DNA of 64,000 nucleotides from Phycisphaerae bacterium. GTDB lineage: Bacteria > Planctomycetota > Phycisphaerae > Phycisphaerales > UBA1924. Position 1 is the stretch's first letter. The number at the start of each line of letters is the position of its first letter. The notes under the pieces were generated by a model. It worked only from the letters and a program-made list of their open reading frames with translations, was not told where the DNA came from and made no database searches. The stretch lies in the NCBI GenBank assembly GCA_016794925.1, contig JAEUIW010000014.1, positions 214 to 64,213 on the forward strand, read 5' to 3'. This document shows positions 56,392 to 64,000 of the stretch, one piece after another. The translations under genes were made by a program, and so were the position numbers.

Positions 56392-57987
56392 TCAGCACGG
56401 GTCGTAGAGGACATTGAACAGATCAAAGAAGTCGAAGTCGTCGACGGAGCCGTCCCGGTTGAAGTCGGCGAGGTAGTGGTTCTGGAAGAACGCGTTGAGG
56501 AAGTCGAAGACGTCGAAGTCGTCGACCGAGCCGTCGTGATTGAAATCCGCCGCGCACGCCGGGCCGAGGTCGTAGGTGATCTCGAGGACGGGGCGGTCGG
56601 CGAGGGCCGATGCCTCGGACGAACGCGGGCGCCAGCCGTCGGTGCCGGAGGGGCGGATGACCCAGCCGAGGTTGGTGGCGGGCAGATCGGACCACGATTG
56701 GACCGTGGCGGTGACGTCGAAGATGGCCCAGGCGTCGCGGACATTGGGGATGAGCGTGAAATCGGGAGCGGCGAGGGACTCGACGCCGTCGGCGGAGACT
56801 CCCCCGCCGAGCGTGTTCCAGGTCGAAGCGGCGTTGAAGGGAACGAGCAGGCGGTGGAGCGACATGGACGAGTCGGACGAATCGCCGTTGGCGGAGCTGG
56901 GACCGGTGAGGAGGAGGAGCTTGGCGGACAGGACCGCCGCGCCGGGCGGGACCTGATCCGGTGCCGGTCCGAAGAGATCGTCAAAACGGATGAGGATCTG
57001 GCGGAGGGGCGAGCCGTCGGCGACGAGCGGGTCCGCCGCGGAACCGGGCGCATCGGGCGCGGCCTGCTCGATCATGGTGTCGAGCACGCCGGCGTACCCG
57101 CCGGCGCCGTGGCTGAAACGGCGGGTGGCGACGAGGTGATCGTCGCGGAACGGTCCGGTGAACGGACGGGCAGCGGCGACGGACGCGAAGGGCGCGGCCG
57201 CGTGCATGTCCAGGATGGTGCGGCACAGGTTGTGGAGGGTCCAGCACTGGTCGATCGCGCCGGGGCGGATCATGGGTCCGACGAGGATGGTCGGGATGCG
57301 GTTGCGGGAGGCGGACTCGTCCTCGTCCCAGGTCACGACCAGGAGCGCGTTGTTCGCCATCGCCCACTGGCGAAAGGGCTCGATGCGGGTCGCGAGCCAG
57401 GCGTCGGCCTGGGCGATGGTGCCGTCGTGCATGTCGTTCTGCTGGTTGGGCACGACGATGCAGACCGCGGGGAGGAGCGAGAAGTCCGAGGGGAAATCAC
57501 TGAACGGGCGGTTGATCTCCGGGGCGAGCTGGTTGGGGCCCCGCGGGGTGTTCTGCCAGTTGACCCAGGGGTTGTGCTTGCGGACGTAGAGGCCGCCCGC
57601 GGCGTTGGGGCCGTCAAAGCCGACGAAGGGAAGATCCTCGGAGAAACCGACGAACGTCGCGCCGGACGCGAGGAGTGACGCGGCGAGATTCGGCGTGGTG
57701 AACGGGGCGCCGGGAGCGGGAACGGTGTTGTCGGTGACGCCCTGATTGGACCCGGAGAAGAACTGGAGGTAGTTGGGCTGGCTGGGGTGCGTGATCGCGT
57801 ACATCGAGGTGAGCGACGCGCCCGCCGCGGCGAGGGCGTTGAGGTAGGGCGCATCGGGATTGCCGATGACCTGGTTGAACGAGTGGTTCTCCTCGATCAC
57901 GATCACGACGCGGGAGGGGGTGGGCGGCGCGGCGACGGCCGACGCGGCGATGCACACGAACAGGCCGGGTGCGTGCGAGGTGCTCAT
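56392..57987 (-). CDS. secreted phosphoesterase-family (AcpA/PLC-like) enzyme with C-terminal dockerin/EF-hand-like tandem repeat ending in Cys
   Basis: VVIVIEENHSFNQVIG, HPSQPNYL, NDMHDG phosphoesterase motifs. C-terminus DFNHDGSVDDFDVFDFLNAF / DFNRDGSVDDFDFFDLFNVLYDPC. Confidence 0.8.
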   Translation of the reverse strand: MSTSHAPGLFVCIAASAVAAPPTPSRVVIVIEENHSFNQVIGNPDAPYLNALAAAGASLTSMYAITHPSQPNYLQFFSGSNQGVTDNTVPAPGAPFTTPNLAASLLASGATFVGFSEDLPFVGFDGPNAAGGLYVRKHNPWVNWQNTPRGPNQLAPEINRPFSDFPSDFSLLPAVCIVVPNQQNDMHDGTIAQADAWLATRIEPFRQWAMANNALLVVTWDEDESASRNRIPTILVGPMIRPGAIDQCWTLHNLCRTILDMHAAAPFASVAAARPFTGPFRDDHLVATRRFSHGAGGYAGVLDTMIEQAAPDAPGSAADPLVADGSPLRQILIRFDDLFGPAPDQVPPGAAVLSAKLLLLTGPSSANGDSSDSSMSLHRLLVPFNAASTWNTLGGGVSADGVESLAAPDFTLIPNVRDAWAIFDVTATVQSWSDLPATNLGWVIRPSGTDGWRPRSSEASALADRPVLEITYDLGPACAADFNHDGSVDDFDVFDFLNAFFQNHYLADFNRDGSVDDFDFFDLFNVLYDPC

Positions 57988-58124
57988 GTGGGGACTGTAC
58001 CAGAGCCGTCAAGGCCCCCGGCGCGTCCCCGGGAGCGTCGGCGCGCGGCCCGGGACGCGGTTGCGGACCGCGGCTCGCGCCCGGCCGCGCGCTAGGATCG
58101 GCACCACACGACGAGGAGCCGAAC

Positions 58125-58922
58125 ATGACAAACCTGGGCACGCTGGTGGCGGTGATGTTCGCCCTCGGCCTTCCCCTCGCGGCCGCGACGCGAGCGGAGG
58201 TCCGGACGAAGACGATCGCGTACACGCACGACGGGGTGACGCTCGAGGGCGTGCTGGCCTGGGACGACGGCGTGAAGGGCAAGCGTCCCGGCGTGCTGGT
58301 GGTGCACGAGTGGTGGGGCCACAACGGGTACGCGCGGGAGCGGGCCGGGAAGCTGGCGGCGCTGGGGTACGTCGCGTTCGCGTTGGACATGTACGGCAAG
58401 GGGAAGACCGCCGCCACGCCCGAGGAAGCGCAGAGGCTGGCGACGCCGTTCTATCAGGATCGGGCGTTGATGCGGGCCCGGGCCGCGGCGGGGCTGGAGG
58501 TGCTGCGGACGCAGGAGAACGTGGACGCCTCGCGGCTGGCGGCGATCGGGTACTGCTTCGGCGGGACGGTCTGCCTGGAACTGGCCCGCTCGGGCGCGGA
58601 CCTTCGGGCGGTGGTGAGCTTCCACGGCGGGCTGAGCAACCCGACCCCCGCGGACGCGGGCAAGATCCGGGCCAAGGTGCTGGTGTGCAACGGCGCGGAC
58701 GACCCCATGGTGCCCGCCGAGGAGCGCCGCGGCTTCAAGGAGGAGATGAGCAAGGCGGGCGTCGACTACCAGTTCATCGACTACGGGGGCGCGGTGCACG
58801 CGTTCACCAATCCCGGCGCCGACGCGTTCAAGATCCCGGGCGTGGCGTACAACGAGAAAGCGGACCGGCGTTCGTGGGGCGCAATGCGGGCGTTCTTCGA
58901 CGAGACCCTGGGCGCGAAGTGA
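58125..58922 (+). CDS. dienelactone hydrolase family protein
   Basis: GAGGAG SD. Signal peptide. GVLVVHEWWG, GYCFGG nucleophile elbow, FHG, GADD, H near the C-terminus. Confidence 0.85.
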   Translation: MTNLGTLVAVMFALGLPLAAATRAEVRTKTIAYTHDGVTLEGVLAWDDGVKGKRPGVLVVHEWWGHNGYARERAGKLAALGYVAFALDMYGKGKTAATPEEAQRLATPFYQDRALMRARAAAGLEVLRTQENVDASRLAAIGYCFGGTVCLELARSGADLRAVVSFHGGLSNPTPADAGKIRAKVLVCNGADDPMVPAEERRGFKEEMSKAGVDYQFIDYGGAVHAFTNPGADAFKIPGVAYNEKADRRSWGAMRAFFDETLGAK

Positions 58923-58954
58923 GCGACGACACCGGACGGGCGAGGGCACAGCGA

Positions 58955-59725
58955 GTGAAGTCACGCGAAACGATCGTCGGGGGGAACTGGAAGATGAACA
59001 CGACCCTCGCGGGGGCCCCGGTCCTGGCCGAGGGCGTGGCGCGGGCGGTCCCGGGCGGGGTTTCAGTGGCGGTGTTCCCGCCGTTCCCGTTCCTGCTGCC
59101 GGTGCGGGACGCGCTGGCGCGCGCGGGGGCCGCGGGCCGGGTCGCGTTGGGCGCACAGGATGCCTATTTCGAGCCCAAGGGTGCGTTCACGGGCGAGGTC
59201 TCGCTCGACATGCTGCGGGAGTGCGGGGTGACGCTGGTGCTGGCCGGGCATTCGGAGCGGCGGCACGTGCTGGGGGAATCGGACGAGCTGGTCGGGCGCA
59301 AGGCGTCGGCGATCCTCGCGGCGGGAATGCGGTGCGTCCTCTGCATCGGGGAAACGCTGGCCGAGCGGGAGTCCGGCCGGACGCAAGGGGTCAATGAGCG
59401 GCAATTGCGGGCGGGGTTGCGCGGCGTGGGCCCGTCGAATGCGGAGCGGCTGGTGATCGCGTACGAGCCGGTGTGGGCGATCGGGACCGGGAAGGCGGCC
59501 ACACCCACGGACGCCCGTGAGGCCCACGGACACATCCGGAGCGTGTTGGGCGAGCTGCTCGGGGGGACCGCCGCGGAACGGACACCGATCATGTACGGAG
59601 GATCGGTCACGGCTGCGAACGCGGCAAGCCTGATGGCCCAACCGGACGTTGACGGTGCGTTGGTCGGGGGTGCGTCGCTCAAGGTGGACGAGTTCTCCGC
59701 GATCTGCGCCGCCGCGGCCGGGTGA
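58955..59725 (+). CDS. tpiA: triosephosphate isomerase
   Basis: GTG start. VGGNWKMN, AGHSERR, AYEPVWAIGTG, YGGSV, GALVGGASL. Confidence 0.9.
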   Translation: MKSRETIVGGNWKMNTTLAGAPVLAEGVARAVPGGVSVAVFPPFPFLLPVRDALARAGAAGRVALGAQDAYFEPKGAFTGEVSLDMLRECGVTLVLAGHSERRHVLGESDELVGRKASAILAAGMRCVLCIGETLAERESGRTQGVNERQLRAGLRGVGPSNAERLVIAYEPVWAIGTGKAATPTDAREAHGHIRSVLGELLGGTAAERTPIMYGGSVTAANAASLMAQPDVDGALVGGASLKVDEFSAICAAAAG

Positions 59726-59814
59726 TGCGCCGGGGGCGACGCGAGCGATGACACGATGCGTCTCGCCTAGACTTCCGGCTCGCTTCCGGAAGGGTGTCGT
59801 TAGGAGTGCGGTCG

Positions 59815-60264
59815 ATGCTGGTTCTGCTGACATGGGCGACGTGGGTCGTTGGCTCGCTGCTGGCGGTCTTCCTGTTCGCCTGTCTGCTGTTGATCTTGGT
59901 GGTCTTGATCCAGCGTCCACAGGGCGGGGGCTTGGCCGGCGCGTTCGGTTCGGGCGCGGGATCGGGGCAGACCGCTTTTGGCGCACGCACGGGCGATGCG
60001 CTGACGGTGGCGACCATCGGGTTTTTCTTCATTTACCTGGTCCTGGCCGTGGTGCTGAACTTCGGCACGCGGCCGACCTCCGGTGAGGGTCGACCGACTG
60101 CCGCGCCGGCCCCGACCGGTGGTGGTGGGAACAGGGCGCCCGCCTCCGGGACACCGAACGAGAACACGCCCGCACCGGCCGGCGCGACGCCCTCAAGCGA
60201 GAGTGAACCGGTCAGGCCGGCGACCGTCCCCGAGAAGCCGAACCCGTCCGAGCCGCCCAAGTAG
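59815..60264 (+). CDS. secG: preprotein translocase subunit SecG with Pro/Ala/Thr-rich extension
   Basis: AGGAG 8 nt upstream. LLILVVLIQRPQGGGLAGAFGSG core motif. Conserved tpiA-secG synteny. Confidence 0.75.
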   Translation: MLVLLTWATWVVGSLLAVFLFACLLLILVVLIQRPQGGGLAGAFGSGAGSGQTAFGARTGDALTVATIGFFFIYLVLAVVLNFGTRPTSGEGRPTAAPAPTGGGGNRAPASGTPNENTPAPAGATPSSESEPVRPATVPEKPNPSEPPK

Positions 60265-60358
60265 GTCGGCGGCCGCGTACGGAGCAGGGGAGGGAGCGTG
60301 GTAGGATCTTGGCGCGGGGGTGTTCGGAACCCGTTCCACGGAACGCGCGGAGCATCCC

Positions 60359-61249
60359 TTGATTCGCAGCATGACCGGTTTCGGTGACGCGTCGGCCGAG
60401 ATCGGCGGCGTCCACTACTTTCTGGAGGTCCGGTCGCTCAACAGCCGGTACTTCAAGGCGATCATCCGCCTGCCGGAGGAGCTGCAGGGGCTCGAGGCAG
60501 AGATGGAGGCGGAGCTGCGGCGTCGGCTGCGGCGCGGCAGCGTGGTGATGTCGGCGACGTACACCGACGCCTCGGAGAGCGCGGCGCTGAACGTGAACCA
60601 CCGGGCCCTGTCGCGGTACATCGAGCAACTGGAGCGTTCGCCGCGGGTGGGCTCGGGCGCGGTGTCGATCGATCTGGGCGCGTTGCTGACGCTGCCCGGC
60701 GTGCTCCAACCGGCGGGCAACGAGGAGCAGCGACTGGGCTCGGCGCGGGGCGCGTTCCTGTCGCTGCTGGACAAGGCGTGCGCGAACGTGAACGCGATGC
60801 GCGAGCGCGAGGGCGCCTCGCTTCTGGAGGACCTGCTGGAGCAGCGGGACCTGGTGGCGGCCCGGCTGGAGGTGATCGCGCAGCGTTCGCCGCAGGTGCT
60901 GATCGAGTACGAGGGTCGGCTCAAAACGCGGATCGAGACCATGCTGCGCGAGGCGGGCCTGGCCGTGGAGCCGGGGGACGTGGTCCGCGAGATCGCCATC
61001 TACGCGGAGAAGAGCGACATCGCGGAGGAGATCTGCCGGCTCAAGGGGCACCTGGAGCAGTTCACCGAACTGACGGGGGGCGACGGCTCGAAGGGCGCGG
61101 GTCGGACGCTGGATTTCCTGGCCCAGGAAATGTTGCGCGAGGCCAACACCATCGCGAGCAAGTGCGGCGACTCGATGATCTCGCGCTGCATCGTGGAGAT
61201 CAAGGGTGCCATTGACCGCATCAAGGAGCAGGTTCAGAACGCGGAATGA
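60359..61249 (+). CDS. yicC: YicC/YloC family stress-induced endoribonuclease-like protein
   Basis: (L)IRSMTGFG N-terminus (TTG start with GCGGAG 6 nt upstream; ATG alternative at 60371). C-terminal GRTLDFLAQEMLREANTIASK...EIKGAIDRIKEQVQNAE. Confidence 0.85.
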   Translation: MIRSMTGFGDASAEIGGVHYFLEVRSLNSRYFKAIIRLPEELQGLEAEMEAELRRRLRRGSVVMSATYTDASESAALNVNHRALSRYIEQLERSPRVGSGAVSIDLGALLTLPGVLQPAGNEEQRLGSARGAFLSLLDKACANVNAMREREGASLLEDLLEQRDLVAARLEVIAQRSPQVLIEYEGRLKTRIETMLREAGLAVEPGDVVREIAIYAEKSDIAEEICRLKGHLEQFTELTGGDGSKGAGRTLDFLAQEMLREANTIASKCGDSMISRCIVEIKGAIDRIKEQVQNAE

Positions 61250-61363
61250 GCGGCGACGGCCGCCCTGGCTCCTTGCCCGGAGGGGCAGCACGACACGCCG
61301 GGTCCGAGAATTCACGCGGGATCGGCGCGGCCGGCGAGGCAACAATCGGGCGAGGAGCGACCG

Positions 61364-62461
61364 ATGATGCGGACGGGTTGGGGCGCGTGGACAATGGGCA
61401 TCGCCGCGGTGAGCCTGGGTGCAGGCTCCGTCCCGGCCGGCGCGGAGCCCGACCTGAGCGCCCTGGTGGCGCGGCTCGGGTCGGAGGGGTTTCTCGATCG
61501 AGAAGCCGCGAGCGAGGAGCTCGGCCAGCTCTTGGGCGTGGGGCTCAAGGAAATCGAGACGCAACTGGCCCGCCGCGACCTCTCGGCGGAACAGCGGGAA
61601 CGACTCTCGGTGGTGGCGTGGTCGAGGTTCGTGTCGTCCGCGCGGGGGGCGGTGGGCGTCGAGTTCGACCGCCAGTTGCCTCGGTGGTACGTGGTGCAAC
61701 GGACGATCGAACGCTTCCCCGCGGCGAAGGCGCTGGAGGCCGGGGACATCATCGTCGAGATCGACGGCCACGCGCTGGCCGGTCAGTACGCCAACGACCT
61801 GCGGCCCCGGATCATCTCGCGCGACCCGGGCGACACGGTCCGGATGGTGGTGCTGCGCGGCGATCAGCGGCTCACGCTCGATGTGACCTTGGGCAGCTTC
61901 GGCGACCTTGACCAGGCGATGTTCGGCGAGGACGACCTGGTGACAGCGTGGCTGGCGCGGCGCGAGCCGTACGCCGCGCACGCCGCGGCGGCGGACCGGC
62001 TGGTGGCTCCGAAGGACGCGCTCACCGCGGTGGGCGAGGGCGACGCGGACCCGATTCAGGCAGGGCGGCGGAACTTGCTCAAGCCGCGCATCGCGGCGGG
62101 CGGGTTGATCCGCGACGGTTGGGTGGACGCGGGGTTCCGGCCCATGGCGCGGGGCGGCGGGCGCGGCCCCGGCGCCGCGGGGGCCATGATCGGCCGCAAC
62201 GGGGGTGTCCGACGCGGTGCGATCGGGGCGCAGGCCCCCGTGCCCGTGCCGCCGGATCCGGAGGCCATCCGCGAGGAACTCGCCACGATCACGCAGCGAG
62301 AGCAGCGGCTGCGTGGAGAGCTCGAAGCGGCGCGGAACCACGACGGGCCCGAGCGCGAGCTGCTCGTCGCGAACCTCGCCCGTTCGCTAAAGGTGAGTGA
62401 GAAGGTGCGGCGTGCGTTGGCCGCGCAGCAGGCGAGCGTGCCGAGCGGCGGCACGCCCTGA
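61364..62461 (+). CDS. secreted PDZ-domain protein
   Basis: Signal peptide. PDZ-like AAKALEAGDIIVEIDGHAL......PGDTVRMVVLRGDQ. Confidence 0.6.
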   Translation: MMRTGWGAWTMGIAAVSLGAGSVPAGAEPDLSALVARLGSEGFLDREAASEELGQLLGVGLKEIETQLARRDLSAEQRERLSVVAWSRFVSSARGAVGVEFDRQLPRWYVVQRTIERFPAAKALEAGDIIVEIDGHALAGQYANDLRPRIISRDPGDTVRMVVLRGDQRLTLDVTLGSFGDLDQAMFGEDDLVTAWLARREPYAAHAAAADRLVAPKDALTAVGEGDADPIQAGRRNLLKPRIAAGGLIRDGWVDAGFRPMARGGGRGPGAAGAMIGRNGGVRRGAIGAQAPVPVPPDPEAIREELATITQREQRLRGELEAARNHDGPERELLVANLARSLKVSEKVRRALAAQQASVPSGGTP

Positions 62462-62483
62462 TGTTCGCGCGCGGGCGGCGGGA

Positions 62484-64000
62484 TCAGTAGCCGATCGGGG
62501 CCGTGGCCGCGTACGACAGCGTGACCTTCGCGGGCGTGCCGCCGTGCTCATCGAAGATGAGGACTTCGTTGGTCTGCCCGGAGTGGATCGCGGGCCGGGG
62601 CAGGATGAGCCGGTGGGCGCCGGGCAGGGGTTCGCCCGCGGGCGTCGCGACGAAATACCGACCGACGTGCGCGCCGTTGAGATAGACCTGGCCCTTGGTG
62701 AGACCGTTCAACTCGATCCAGAGGGCGTGGGGCGTGTCCGCGGGTGTGAAGCGGGTGCGGAGCCAGACCGGGGCGCGCTCGACGGCCTTGCGTTCCACCG
62801 ACGAGAACGCGTCGGGTGCGGGCGGCTCCCACTTGGCAAAGGCCCATTCGGCCTTGGCGCTGATCGATTCGAGACATTCGTCGAACGTCGCCGCGACGTG
62901 AAGCCGGTCGAGATCCGGTTCCGATCCGAGCAACGCGAGCTGAACGGTGTTGTTGCCTCGGGCGAGGGCATCGGCGGGGAGGATGACGGTGCTCGGACCG
63001 GACGCATCGAAAAACTCGAAGGGCTGATCGTTGAGCACGATCAGGCCCCGGGCGCCGGGGTTGCGAAGGTGCATGAGCACGGCGCCCTTGCGGCGATGGG
63101 CGAGCGACCAGGTGACGCGCCGGGCCTCGGTGGCGTCGCCCTCGTGGACGTTCCAGAGCGGGGCGCGGAACGCGAGCGCGTCGAGCGGCGCGCCGGGCTC
63201 GATGGTCGGCTTCTTGACCTTGACGGGCTCGACATGCCAGATGTGCCCGAACAGCCCCTTGGGATCGGCCAGGCGGTGGCCGGCGCTGAACCGCCCCAGA
63301 TTCTCGGCGAGGACCACGAGCGTGTGCTCGTGACGACGGAAGGGGACGTGCAGCTCGATCTCCGAGCCCGGGCCGAGGCCCACGAGGCCGATCGGGTTCG
63401 CGTCAAGAAACAGGTGAAGGCGATCGGAAGCCTGCGGGAACGCGCAAAGGGTCTTGGACGTCGGGCCGCCCTTGATGGTGAGTCGGTACCAGCCGTATCC
63501 GAAGGGCGCGCCGAGCGCGGCCAGATCCGCCGGCCCCGGGATCGACGCGTAGCGGGCGCTGCGGCCGTTGACGTACTCCGCGGTCGGGGCGTGCTCCCAC
63601 GCCGAGAGCGTCACCCGACCGGGCGGGGGCGGCGCGACAAAGACCGGCTCGGGCGGGGGCGGCGGGGGCGGCGGCGGAGGAGGGGGCGGGGGCGGAGCAG
63701 CCTTGATCCTGCGGATGGTCTTGGGCGGCGGTGCCGGGACCGTTGCGACCGACTTGACCGCGGGAGGCCGAACGGTCGCCAGCGGCTTGGCTTGCTTGAA
63801 TTCGACTTTGGGGGCAGAGTCGGCCGATTTCGGGGACGGCTTGGGCGTCGGCTTGTGCGGCGCCGCAGCGCGGGGCGCGGGCTTGGGCTCGGGGTGTTTG
63901 TCGGCCTTGTGCTTGGCGTGCGGCTTGTGCTTGACGGGAACGGGCGCGTGCTTGCGTGAGGGCGAGTGGCGGGGTGGGACCGGGGAGTGGCGGGCGCCCG
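62484..64000 (-). CDS. protein with two beta-galactosidase-type jelly-roll (galactose-binding-like) domains; 5' end outside window
   Basis: GYGWYRLTIKG and WIELNGLTKGQVYLNGAHVGRYF motifs. The frame stays open with no stop from 63615 to the window edge (hand translated). It encodes a P15 run and a K/H/P-rich linker. The track start (GTG 63614) is only the first start codon in the window. Confidence 0.6.
   Translation of the reverse strand, partial: GARHSPVPPRHSPSRKHAPVPVKHKPHAKHKADKHPEPKPAPRAAAPHKPTPKPSPKSADSAPKVEFKQAKPLATVRPPAVKSVATVPAPPPKTIRRIKAAPPPPPPPPPPPPPPPEPVFVAPPPPGRVTLSAWEHAPTAEYVNGRSARYASIPGPADLAALGAPFGYGWYRLTIKGGPTSKTLCAFPQASDRLHLFLDANPIGLVGLGPGSEIELHVPFRRHEHTLVVLAENLGRFSAGHRLADPKGLFGHIWHVEPVKVKKPTIEPGAPLDALAFRAPLWNVHEGDATEARRVTWSLAHRRKGAVLMHLRNPGARGLIVLNDQPFEFFDASGPSTVILPADALARGNNTVQLALLGSEPDLDRLHVAATFDECLESISAKAEWAFAKWEPPAPDAFSSVERKAVERAPVWLRTRFTPADTPHALWIELNGLTKGQVYLNGAHVGRYFVATPAGEPLPGAHRLILPRPAIHSGQTNEVLIFDEHGGTPAKVTLSYAATAPIGY

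Noticed and set aside
60212-63959. ORFs 60212..62341 (-) and 62397..63959 (+)
   Set aside because: Antisense to the yicC, PDZ and jelly-roll genes, which have clear family motifs. Shadow composition.
1-64000. CRISPR arrays, rRNA genes, transposases/integrases, retron or DGR reverse transcriptases
   Set aside because: I saw no regularly spaced direct repeats, rRNA-like conserved stretches, DDE/tyrosine recombinase motifs or RT (YxDD) motifs in any credible frame.

Overview
This is a very high-G+C bacterial chromosomal segment. Hand-counted 60-nt lines are mostly about two thirds to three quarters G+C. The gene content looks Planctomycetota-like, possibly Phycisphaerae. That inference rests on a PEP-CTERM-like tail, a dockerin-like Cys-terminated anchor, a giant beta-helical surface protein, many lipoproteins, and CPxCGYDL zinc-ribbon membrane proteins.

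I support about 55 protein genes and one solitary tRNA-Ile(GAU), plus a few terminators and candidate regulatory sites. I saw no rRNA, CRISPR array, integrase or transposase.

Recognisable housekeeping genes:
- RNA modification and processing: rsmE, rsmD, trmL, a TrmH-family methyltransferase, cca, a YicC-family gene
- Central metabolism and secretion: glyA, tpiA-secG, an orphan nuoG-like gene
- Repair and hydrolases: an Fpg/Nei glycosylase, a macro-domain hydrolase, NUDIX, dienelactone hydrolase
- Other: a Fur-family regulator, a thioredoxin-like protein

Most interesting observations:
1. A low-G+C two-gene island (23.7-25.5 kb) sits between Fpg/Nei and nuoG. It encodes a DUF5131/Gp37-Gp68 three-Cys protein and its TcmP partner, which carries methyltransferase-like motifs. 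The pair has no established function.
2. A 9.6-kb gene encodes a 3203-aa beta-helical surface protein. It has three PPC-like domains and a C-terminal domain that looks like an inactivated metzincin.
3. A LuxR-type regulator is followed by an intergenic region with three GTTC-N6-GAAC-type palindromes. Two identical 12-mers lie exactly 200 bp apart. Downstream are two tandem paralogous zinc-ribbon polytopic membrane proteins.
4. A tandem pair of secreted ClpP/NfeD-like paralogs, one of which has lost its catalytic-Ser motifs.
5. Two head-to-head lipoprotein genes whose ATGs overlap in a single CATG.

Most long ORFs in the six-frame track are Arg/Pro/Gly/Ala-rich shadow ORFs of the real genes and were rejected. 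Start codons were refined by hand and may be off by a few codons. All family assignments come from motif recognition, not from searches.
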